A stretch of 64,000 bases of DNA from Oculina patagonica (Eukaryota). This document shows positions 1 to 11,896 of the stretch, piece by piece. The stretch is taken from positions 45,570,001-45,634,000 of the forward strand of contig NC_135761.1 in assembly GCF_052425735.1 (NCBI RefSeq), given 5' to 3'. Under the pieces are notes generated by a model. The model was given only the letters and a program-made list of their open reading frames with translations. It was not told the origin of the DNA and ran no database searches. A program made the translations under genes and the position numbers. Numbering within the stretch: the first letter of the stretch is position 1; every line of letters starts with the position of its first letter.

Positions 1-41
1 GCCCCACGCTTCTCTCCTTGGTTGAAGAGCGGTGCGTATTT

Positions 42-413
42 CACCGCGGTCAAACGTCTCAGGCAGGTTTTCTTTCCAATTTCACCGTTTTTTGTTCAAA
101 TTGAAGTGTTATTACGAGCAAGGATAGATAAAAAATAATTGCCGAGTGAAAGCATAATCCATTCCCTCAGGTAAACCAGTGTTTTACTTTTTAAATGTTT
201 CCCATCCGAACCAAAGGTGCTTTGACAAATGGCGCCGACAAGTCCGCATATCGCTATTTTCAAACACGTAGAACGTTTTTAGTAAAGCTCCAAAAAACTT
301 AGTAAACCCTTAGGATACCGGTTATGTATCGAACTTTGAACTGTGAAAATTAAAACCTTATCTTTGCAGTACTTTTCTTATTTTTTGCATATTTCTGTCG
401 TTTGACCGCGGTG
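42..413. mobile_element. Related TIR element with CAC...GTG ends
   Basis: Perfect 15-bp TIR CACCGCGGTCAAACG; interior unrelated to 50654-50963. Confidence 0.6.
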
Positions 414-1766
414 GAGGTGCGCATGGGGTTGTGGAATGCTGCACTCACAACGTGCATATCGCGTTGCGCATAACCATCATCCGCCACACTCCCTCAGTTT
501 CCCACCTTTCACCGACAAATTGCAACTGCGCCTGGCGACGCGGCAGAATTGGTAAAACGTTCTTGTCTTTGTGTATTGTAAAAACCTGTCCAGTCGTTAT
601 TTGATAGACCTGAATAGCGAGGTTATATTTTGTTTTTTTGTTTGTTTGTTTTTTTTTTTTATCAGACGACGTCGCGAGCAACTGCTGAGTAGCAGAATAC
701 GCGCTTGAGTTGTGGTTGGTTTAAGGCTAAAATATCCTCTCATTTTGGGGCTTAATTAAAATCTTACCCTTGTAAATTTCCCGTTATCTTGACATTTTTT
801 AAGTTTTACTGCGACAATTTTGCGCCTGCTTATGTGCGTCAACGGACGACAGTTTTTCGATCTTTTTCGTGCTCCCTCCCTTACTTAAAGCGTCTTCGAC
901 CAGCACTTAACCTTTTATTTTGCACCAGGCATTTTAGTTGGAGACACCCTGGAAACTCGATGTGTCAGTGTTATTCTATCGGACTGTGGAAGGTTGGAGG
1001 TCGCAAATAAAACTTGCTAGCATCAATAAGCCAGAACTTTCCAACGGCATCGAGGTGATGTCCTTACCGCTTTGGAAAAATAACATAACACATTTCAAAT
1101 AATTTTGGATTAACGAAAGTTTTGACCAAGGAATTGCAGTAACTAAGTAGAATACGTCCAATGCCACCTACCAAAAGTTACCTGCTTTACGAAGGTGAGT
1201 TCGAAATTCCAAAATTCCTTGCCATAACTCGTCCCCATGCCAGTTGTCACTGATGAGAACAATTGTAACATGCGGGGGACTGATATATTTTTTTATGGAA
1301 GGCGTCTGGAGACGAGTTTACTTCTACAGGTTTAACCTTTTCTTTTTCCCGGCTGTCCTTGCGCGCCCATAAGTAAAAAGAGATTTAATCAGTGACTGTG
1401 TTCACATACCCCCGGTAAAAAGACTAAAACTACGGAATTGGGTGAACTATTTTTTATTCTTTTTTTTTTTTTAATTCGGTCTAGGACGTTTTTCAATCTA
1501 CAGTATATATGATCAACACGAGATAAGTGATCTAAGAAAACTGTTATGAAATACAAAGGCGAGATTTCCATGTGATCGCAGGCGAACGCTGGAGCTACGT
1601 CACGGCTGGCGCATCTTGGAAAGATGAAGCCTTAATTTTAAGTTTTGCTAATCTTAGCCATTCTTTTTCCTTTTTGGTTTACTTTTACCTCGCTGGTTTG
1701 TTGTTTTTTTCAGCTAAGTAAACTGCAATTTTGACGTGGCTTAGATTTCGTTGCCTTAGATTCGTA

Positions 1767-2030
1767 GGAGGCGCAGTGGCCTAATGGTTAGCGGGCTGGA
1801 CTCCTGATCGAGTGGTCTGGGTTCGAGCCCTGGCCGGGGTACTGCGCTGTGTTCTTGGGCAAGACATTTTATTCTCATAGTGCCTCTCTTCACCCAGGTG
1901 CATAAATGAATACCGACGGATTTAATGCTGGAGGGAGATTAGAAATACTGCTAGTCGCTTCATGCTACTGAAACAGGGATAAGCTCCGGCCTGATAGGCC
2001 ACTGGGCTAGAACGCAGACTTTACCTTACC
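1767..2030 (+). mobile_element. tRNA-derived SINE (CORE/Nin-like central domain, LINE-type tail)
   Basis: A box TGGCCTAATGG, B box GGTTCGAGCCC, central TTGGGCAAGAC...CACCCAGGTG, tail GCAGACTTTACCTTACC. The 3' half recurs at 29230-29355. Confidence 0.85.
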
Positions 2031-3031
2031 AACTTAGATTTGACATCAAAAACATATCGTATATATCGTAACCTGCTCCATTTATGTTTATAACATAGCT
2101 AGGAGAGCCGCGCAATCAGATTCAGTATACTTAAGCGTGCTCAAAATCCCGATGGAGCACGCTGATGACGTAATCGACGAGTGAAAATCTCACTGAGTAA
2201 AGCTTATACGCTGTGTTTTGCGAAAGCGATGACATATTATCTTCGGAATATGAAAAGTGAATCCTTTCAATATTTTTCCAAGGATACGAGCTACAAGGTA
2301 AGCTGTTTCTTATTACGAGACGGAGAGCGAAAAAGAATATAAATTCGATATTGCAGTCAAAGTTGTTTGTGTGCTTTTCTTCATTCAAACAACAACAACA
2401 AACGTGCGAGTCTCGAACGGACGAAAATCATTTTTTCACGTGAAGAATGGGCCAACCATGAATGACAACAGCTCGATGGCACTAAAAACTAGCTGCCTGA
2501 CGAAAGTTTTCGCGTTTTAATCATTACACCAAAGCGTCTACGGCTCTGTTGTGATTTTGCCGCTCGGAAAAAATTTACTTCATCGGGCGCTTCATTCAAC
2601 TACCGTTTTCAAAAATAAATGTTTATTTACATCAATTACAATTCAAATAAAATCGGTTCACAAAAATACTTAAAACTAAGCATGGAACCGAATTCTTTGA
2701 CTCTTTTAACCCTTGAAATCTGTTCGGCTGTTCGAGGTTGTTTTGTTTTAATTTTCTTCCACTCGGGAGTAAACATTTTAATTTTAATTCAGCGAAAACT
2801 AACCTCAGAATCAACAGCAGTATTTGCTGTTTTCGACATCTTTTTTCCTTCGCTCTGCCACCGTATAAACTTAGTCAATTTATCAAACATTTGACACAAA
2901 CTGCTCCAGTCGTGTAAATTTGTACATGTGTAATTTATTGATCGACCGCTAAGTTTATGTTCTTACACTGCACAACACAGTTTTTTTCCCGCGGCCGGTT
3001 TTGACGCACAATTCCACCGGCAATGTTATAA

Positions 3032-3221
3032 AACAATTGGTTCATGCTTTTAGCTGTGCCCCATCGAGTTATGGAGCACTTGGGAAGTTTGGAGAGCACT
3101 CAAGAAGCTAGAGTTGCCCTCGGCTACCGCCTCGGGCAACTCTTACGCTTCTTTCGTGCTCTCCAAACTTCCCGCGTGCTCCATAACTCGATGGAGCACG
3201 CTAAAGCATGAACCAATTGTT
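3032..3221. repeat. Palindromic (foldback) MITE-like element
   Basis: Imperfect arms of ~90 bp, AACAATTGGTTCATGCTTT... / ...AAAGCATGAACCAATTGTT. Confidence 0.85.
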
Positions 3222-3855
3222 AAATTATACAAGCATTAAATTCCACTGAGTGATTCTTTTTGGTGAGTAGATTGAACTGACATATGTCTGTGGCCGTTAG
3301 CTAACGATCACATGGTAACCAGACGTTCTAGAAATCAGTCTACTCCTGATACTCGGGAAAAATTCGACACGCCATTAAAAATAAATTAAATGTATGACGG
3401 TAGTAGGTCTTTTCTGGCAAATTTAAAAACGACATAACAAAATTGACACTTACTTTGTTTTCTAATGTTCACGGTCGAGGGATTGAGTAGGGCTTCTGGT
3501 AGAATCCCGTGTATCAGAGTTCAAAAGAAGAGCACTTCTTGGAAAACATGCAAATTCCGCCTAATTAAGTTTCTTACTTGGTTCTGGGAGCTGTAGGAAT
3601 GAAGCTAACAAGTTATTTATTCATTCTTCGACCTCGATGCAATTTCTTCCTATTCTACTAGAATTCATTTTTTCAAAACCAGTTTCCATTCCACTTTTTT
3701 ATGAATAATACAAGTATAGTTACATTACTTTTTTATTTCACGTTTTGACTTGACTGCCGGGCCTGGAGTCTCTAAGAAAAGTGGAGCGAGTGGCTGGGGA
3801 GATTTGACTAATATAACACATGAGGTTGCAGCTAGCTCTAGAGTTGTTCTATTTT

Positions 3856-6800
3856 CTATGTGCTGCTTGGAGCTCCTGAGTAGCAATTTTTGATGACAGC
3901 CTCACAGGTCTGAGGACTGAACGCCACTACCATTGTTTCGTTCAGCTGGATGTCGTCCATGCGTATCTCGTAAGTAATGTCGTCTGAGGAAGAGCCCCTG
4001 TACTTGAACATCACTCCGTTTACTTGAAAAGTAAAATCAAATAAAATTGTCAGATAGGAGGCTCTAACAGACTACTAGCGGGTAGGACAGTGATGGTTTT
4101 GGTTGCGTTTCTTCCCTTAAACATTTTGTCATCCTTTCATCATTTACAGAAATGACCAAAAAAATTTACAAACCAAACGTTTACGACTCAAGTATATCCA
4201 AATTTCCGAGTAAAGCGTGGTGGTTACTTAAAAACTAATTAAACCGGCAGTCAGTGCACACATATCGGTACGGTTTGACTGTATATGATGTAATTTTGCA
4301 ATTTTATCATCCTCAATTATCTCCCATTTTCCATTGTGATAGCGGATTTAAGATTGCAGATTGAAACTTTATGACTTAAAAGAACATAAGGTCATTACGT
4401 CACATTCGACAAGATTGTTATCATCAAAATAAATATTTATATGGATTCGTGACCCACCACACAGGTTTTATTACCTACTTTCTATGTTTCCACCATTTCC
4501 GAACCGGTCCTACGAACTTCAAGTAGACCAGGCTAAATATCGTGACTATCATAGTCGTTGAGTGTCTCATTCTTACTTATTAGAAACAGTGGTTAGCGAA
4601 GCCATAAGCTACACGAAATAGCGACTGAAGCTGCCACCTCATTCCTGGGAGTAACAATCAAGTCAAGAACATGTACAACCTTTCCAATCACTGTAAGTCG
4701 AGACTGACCAAAAGACTGGCAATGTGCACTGAGGTGCACTAGGTCCTTTGAGAAAAAGCTCAGGGTAAGGAAAGAGATCGGATGCTAGTCAATGTAGGGT
4801 GGCTATGCAGAAAAAACTAAGACAGAAACTGAAGACAGGAAAAATTAGGACGTGCAGAATTTAGCCAAGGAACATCACCCTTAAGGCCACATTGTTTTCT
4901 TTTCGGTGAGCTGGAATAACGTCTCATGCTGTATGAAGAAGCAAGGTAGATAAGAGTGGTAAATGTAATCTATCATTGTGAAGTGCCTGAGGAAGACATT
5001 AATGTAGAAAAGAGCAAGAAACTCGACGGACAACATTAAGTAAAGAATGAAGGAATGAATGAAGAAGACAATGAAGCAAGAGATGTATTTGACTGGTTGT
5101 AGGTACCAGTGACCTTTCAGGAGGCCATATTCATAAGAAGGCCAGCTAATGAGCAAATAATTGAAGAAGTTGATTTGCGTATGAGTTACTTACAACATTT
5201 AAGTCTTGTCCGTCGTATTTAGCTTGGCTTTCTATTAGTGGAATGAGGAGGGTACTAGGGCCTAAAAGTAGTGAGCAGTAGTAAAATACTAAAAATACTG
5301 ACTTTTCATGATTTTTTTTCATTTACTACTAGAGACTTGACGTTGGGATTAGGTAAGTTTGACAAGTCTCCTTATTGGAACATTAACATTTCTCCGAGAC
5401 TTTATCGCCCGAAATAGAAAGATAAAAGAAAGGCATCCACTTTTCTATTATTCCCTCGGGTGAGAACAGGAGCAAAAGAAATGAAGGTCCCAGCGATCGC
5501 AAGAAAATAAGGTACGGAATAAACACAAAATCTGGGCAAGACAAAACTAAAATACTTCATCTTACCTGCACTTCCAGGAACATCGCAGTCTGTTTGCGTA
5601 GCTTTGCAGGTGAATGAAGTCTGTCGCTCCTTTAGAACAGGGCTACCGCAGGTCAGGCTATGACTGTGTGCTCGTGTTCTTGTCTGGCCGACATGCATAC
5701 TCGAAGCTTGGGTAGTTAGTGTTTCGTCCTTCATGAGAAACTGGTAAATCTGAAAGGAAATTTCTGGCGTTCTCATTACTCTCTTCCCAATACAAGTGTA
5801 TCATGTCTTTTTACGTATTGCTGTGAATTTGATAGAAGCCTTAGTTCTATAAATTTCAGTTCTATAAATTTTTAGTATTGAAATTCTACTGGTCATCTAC
5901 ACTAGGAGTTGCTTTTTTTTAGGTTAGGAGTATTGTTCCTGTTGTTTGTTCTGTTGTCCGCTCGGAAGGGTAGCGAGCCATTCATGCAGGACCTTGCGGG
6001 AGCAGCTAGCAGACCCGTAAATTTAGTCGTACAACAATTTGCCGGTGAAAAGAGAGATTCCCTGAATGGTAAATACCTAGTATTTATCAGCTTGAAATCG
6101 ATAAGCTAAATAATATGGCTTGGTGAACCTCGTAAGCTGACGTTTCGAACATTTAACCTTCGTTTGAGCAAACGTCCCATGTTTCACACCTCCCTGTCAC
6201 GAAGTACTCTCCCTAGGGTCTAAATACATACCTTCGGCACAAACACCAGTAACAGCGTCGCGGTGGTGCACACGATCAGACACAACGATGAAATAGCATA
6301 AGGAGCTTCATAGTACATGGATCCATCCAGAGCAATAGCCACAATAGCACCAATGATGGACAACACGACCACGTTATAAACCGACATCCCGATGTACCTG
6401 GAGTCGTTCAGAGCAGGAATGGTGACATTGCGCGTCTCCCAGGCCAAGAAGAGACCAAATAACAGAAGGATCCCTTTGTACGCGAATATGCCCCCCAGGA
6501 AATAAGTCTTGTATTGACAAGTGCACTGGTACAATGCTGGGAGTATGATTGTGTCTTGTTCCTTTCGGCTCTGTAAACAAATAAACACACATCATCATAT
6601 ATACAGAGCGACATTCATTCTGTAAGTACCGTAAATTTTATCTCCTTAATTCTGAGATTTACTGTTCAAGAAGGTGTCTTTCCCTATAACCCCCTCTTAA
6701 TTAATCGTCCTTCGTTTCTACGTTTTCCGAACTTTCTTTTTGGCTCCCGAAACTCGCAGGGAACTCTTGCAAAATTTCAAAAGAGATAGAAATAAAGATT

Positions 6801-9800
6801 TTATTTAATTATAATGAAATAAAAGATGTGGCTTCGCCAACGTACACAGCTTGTCGCACGCCAAGATGATTATCTTCCGTTGTACAATCACAAAATGTGA
6901 TCACGCAAAAGTCATATAACTCATATTGAATTTATCAGGTCACTCACCATTTCTTTAAATGTCAGTATTTCAGCTTGGAGTGGATCAATAGCAATCCAGC
7001 ATGACAGGAACACCACATCAACTGCTAGCAAACCTGCTACAATAACAAGCAAGTGAAGATCCTTGATGGCCTAAGATTAAACAAAAAATGAAAATGTGAA
7101 ATGACAGCAAAAAGATATAAAAAGACTAAAACCTGTTTTCTTTTAATATTCGTAACAGCAGAGATTTTGAAAACGATTTTATAATGAAATTAAACGCTAA
7201 AATATTGTTAAAATTCATTTTAAAACTTTAAAAACTTTAAAAAAGTAGACGACGTTTCGGCGCTACTCTACGCCATTATCAAGTCAAAAGAAGTGATAGT
7301 TAAAACAAGAATATATATAACGTGAAACAATAAAAATAGTTGTCTGTCCTATGGGCATAATACGTAAAGTAAAAACAATGGAAAAACTAAAAGTTCTTAT
7401 TAAAAATAGAGAAGTGTCAAGTAAATAATTTGGCGCGGATAGAGTCACTCTGGGTGTTCAGGGAAGGATTAATGTCCCTGATGAACAGCATTTCGTATAC
7501 GAGGCAGTCAAACTTGCTTCTGCATTTCTTTAACACTCTGAAAAGGTGATTAATCTTTGCTCCTTTGCTGCCATGTTGTGCCTCAAGGTGTCTACCGATC
7601 GCAGAATAACGGTGCTCCCTAATGCGTTGATGTAGGTGTCGGGAAGTAAACCCGACATATTTGCATCGCACAAATCACATTTAAACAAGTAAACAACGCA
7701 TTGTGTGTTTACGATCGGGGGCTTGTTTTCCTTTACGCACAAAATCTGTGACAGCTTTCTGCTGGTAAAGACGGGTTTGACATCGATGTTGATCTTGGAT
7801 CCCAGAGAATGAATTTCTTTGCGGACGCGATTAGCTGATCGTTGATCTTTAAAAGGCAATGAAATGTAGACAGATGGCTCTGATGGGGTTGCGGCGTGCG
7901 GTTCTGTATAAGTTTCTTGCCTGAACTTGCGTATTGTAGAATCGACTAATGCGTTCGGGTAGTGTAGTTTTGAAAACATGGTGCGTAACTTGTTGCACTC
8001 TTTCGTGAAGGCTTCTTCGGTGGAGGATAAACGGTGCGCCCGATCAACCATTGTGTTTACCAGGCCTTTTTTGTATCTGTTATCAACGTGGCTTTGAAAA
8101 TGGAGCAGAAGGCCCGTGTCAGTTGGTTTTCTGTAGACTTCCGTTTTTAGTGTGTTGTCGTTTCTCGTGATTAGTGTGCCGAGAAATGGAATAGAGCCCT
8201 CATGTTCAAGTTTCATGGTAAAAGACAAACTAGGATGGGCACCGTTAAGTACTTGTAAGTAATCTATAGCCGCCTCTGTGTTGGGCATTTTGACCAGAGT
8301 GTCATCAACGTATCTTCGATAGAATGACGGGATCATGTTGTTTTGTTCCAGTTGGTTCTCTATATGGCACATGAAAACATTGGCTAGTAGTGGGCCAAGT
8401 GGCGAGCCCATAGCTACACCGTCTGTTTGCTCATACAGCTCACGGTTGAATTGAAACAGCTGATTGGACGTAGCGATTTCTAATAACTCAGTCAGTTGAT
8501 GCTTTTGGAGTAGTTGCGTACTATGCGTCTTATTAAACCAGTCATCTTCAAAAGCTTTGTCAACAAGAATGTCAATTGTTTCCTTCAGAGGAACATTTGT
8601 AAATAGTGCAGATACATCATAGGAGACAAGGATGTGGTCAGATTCGATGCGAGTGTTCTTTATCTCGTCAGTGAAGCTGAAAATATCATTAATACAATAT
8701 TTGTTGGTGGATAGTGGCTTCAATTTCTCCTCTAGCCATTTTGCCAACGGGAAGTTGTATGTGCCAGACGCAGATAAGATTGGTCGCATGCAGAGCCTTT
8801 CTTTGTGCGTTTTGGGGAGGCCATACAGATGTGCTAGTCTGGAGCTTTTGGGGCAAAGTTGGTCGGCTGTAGCTTTCGGTAGAATCTGATGGACCTTTTC
8901 GTGGAGTTGCTTTTCTTTCTCTAAGAGTGGATGAAAGTGTTTAGGAGGTCTTCCTCTGGACTTTGGGCGATGTTGATCGATGTGGATAAATTTTGTAGAA
9001 TCGTTGATCGAGGCCTCACTTAGTAGACGAAGGTACTCGTCTTTGTCCATTATTACGACACCCGAGCCTTTGTCCGGTTTGGAAATGATAATGTTATCTC
9101 TTCGTTTAAGGTTGCTGAGAGCTCTCAGTAGTGCTTTAGGTGGAGATGGACCTTTCTTTGCGATGTAATGGAGGGCGATCGAGCGCAAGGTGGCGGATGC
9201 AAGATCTTTTTTGTTTGGATCTAGGATGAGGGGATCCAATTTCCAAAAAGCTTTTTCGAAGCTGGCTTGGATATCTTTACTGGAGCAGTGCTGAGGAAGA
9301 GAGAATTTCAGACCTCTGCATAAGATAAGCTTCTCGAAGAAGGATAAACGACATGAGGAAATGTTGTTGATGTGTTCGTCTATGTCGGTGTCCTTGGATA
9401 TCAATCGAGAAAGTTTCTTGGTGTGACACTTCATCAACTCTTGAAACTGAGTTCGTTGGAGTGACCGAAGTATTTTGATGATGATAACAACTTTGAAAAT
9501 CGAGCAAGTTTCGCGTACGTCATGAAGGCTGTTTGTGAAATCTTCTTTCAGTTGTTTGAGTTGGGGCAATTTTCCTTTTAACTCCTCCTCGACGATTTCT
9601 CTTTCGAAGTTAGAAGAAGATTTCTTCCACTTGTTGGATCTTGTAGTGTCGACTTTCGCGAAGGTTGGAGTAACGTCAAAATTCTGACAAAGTCGTAAGA
9701 AATCGATGGCGCCTTCACATTTGGTGAGTCGAATACTGCCCTTTTCCAAACGTCTGAATAGGTGCAGTTGGTTGTCGCGTTTTAATGTTCGTAACAGCAG

Positions 9801-11141
9801 AGATTTTGAAAACGATTTTATAATGAAATTAAACGCTAAAATATTGTTAAAATTCATTTTAAAACTTTAAAAACTTTAAAAAAGTAGACGACGTTTCGGC
9901 GCTACTCTACGCCATTAATATATATTTAAAAATGAAAGAAATCATAATAAATGAAATAGAACTGCGTTCGAAGTTGATCCCAATCCAGGACCCACGATTG
10001 AAGAGCAGGACTTATATTCGTGTAACCTACACCTTTTCCTGGGATGGGATAACTTCATGCAATGGTCATCTATTGTCTAACTGGATTTTTACAATTTATA
10101 CTCGCTTGGGGCTTATCTTCAATCTTGAAGAATACCACACCTATACGTGAAACAAAGGGTATAACACACCCAGGCAAAAGATGAGAAACGTCCGACAGAA
10201 TTAGACGATTAAAGGCCTCAACGTCAAAAAAACCTTGCTCTAAGAAGCATACACCTAACTTTGAATAGAAATAAGTTAGTCCTCTTAAATCTACCATTAA
10301 CTGAGTGTCTTGAGTATTTATGCACAACATACAAATTATTTCGTTACATCTCACCATTTTTTTGAGAGTCTTGGCAGCTGTGAATATCTTGTGAACTCGC
10401 CAAGTCTTGCTAAACATGGCACCAAACGATAAAGAAAATCCAACAGAAAGCACTGCAGTTCTAGCCTGTTGATAATAAACAAGGGTTTTTATACTGCATT
10501 GGTTTTTTTTAAATATTAAATGCATATTGCGCCGTACCTACGGGTTTACAGTACCACTTCCAAGTCTTGACTTGTTTTCTAACACAAAAACTAGTTTTGC
10601 TGCTTATTACTTGTTGGCTCGATGTGAACACGACATAGAAAGGCAAGCAAAGAATGCGTAAAGTACTATGTTGAAGGATCGGTAAGAGGAACACTAAGTA
10701 ACTAAGTAGTTGACCACTGATAGAAGTGATCATAGTAATTAGCTTCTTAAGGCTGTTGTGCTACGTCGGCACTTCGTTAATTATAAACTAAATCTTGATA
10801 AAGGTTAATAAACGGCCGTAGAAAATTTGGAAAAGCTGATGTTTCGAGAGTTAGTCCTTCGTCGAAGCAAGGAAGTCGTCATGCTGAGTGGGACAACATG
10901 TATCACCATTTCTTTGCACTTAATTACTGCTTTTTCCATCCACTGTCTTTTAATTATGTATCTGCGTTAGTTTTGCTTAGACCGACTCTCCCATCGAGTA
11001 AAAGAGGTCTTATACCATGCATTAACCGACTTCTTGGAACAAACATACTGTTTCTTTCTCATCCTATCAGAAAAAAACAAACAAAACTACTAACAGTGGC
11101 TTGGCTTTGTTGTTTTTGTTACAAGTTCTGTTTGGTTCATT

Positions 11142-11176
<35 letters not shown>

Positions 11177-11857
11177 ACTTTATTTACCCACGCGACACCT
11201 TGGAGCGCAAGCGCTCGTTAAAATGTGTGCGTGAAAAACTACAACTAACAACAGAGGGTGATCTTACGTTGCAGTTGTTTCCGTACTCCTTTAAGGTAAG
11301 GAACCTCGCATCCAATCCAAGCAAAACCACTGAAGCGTAACAAAGTATGCATCCAAGAATAATTATATTATTGAGCTTTGGTGACGACATCTTGATAATT
11401 CTGAAAACATAAAAGAGGGAAATTATTTTTTTCAACGTAACTTTTCCTGTTGCACTAGGATAAGCCTCTCTTAGTGAGCTTGTAGCTAAGAAGGTATAAT
11501 TTGCCAGACTAGCTGATGAAATGCGTTTAGATGTTTTGTATCTCGTAATCATATTTAATGGAGGGAAATGGTTTTAAAGTTCGGCAAACTTGAAAGGAGC
11601 GAACAAAGATTCCAAAATTTATGTGAGTAGGTCCACGACCGTGCACAATCTTTTGTTTTGCACTAACATATTGTGGTTGATTAAGTAACCGTGGCTAGTT
11701 GCTCGCACACATCTCAAAACTTACTGTGTTTTGTAGACGGTCGAGATGTGTCGAGGCCAATAAGACGAACAAAATAATAACCAAGAATGTTTATGGTCCC
11801 GCAAAAAATTGACTGTTTCTTTACAAAAATTATCGGGTCGGGACCACTTTTTTTTTT

Positions 11858-11896
<39 letters not shown>

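Larger units (their letters stand above)
7142..9917 (-). mobile_element. Penelope-like retroelement (RT + GIY-YIG) with direct terminal repeats (pseudo-LTRs), intronic
   Basis: Near-identical ~137-bp direct repeats at 7142-7278 and 9781-9917. The ORF has PLE RT motifs (YGLPKTHK, SYDVSALFT, GVAMGSPLGP, RYVDD) and a C-terminal GIY-YIG endonuclease. Confidence 0.95.

Noticed and set aside
11101-11340. Poly-Q or poly-N ORFs on the plus strand
   Set aside because: Translation of the (CAA)n microsatellite, antisense to a GPCR exon.
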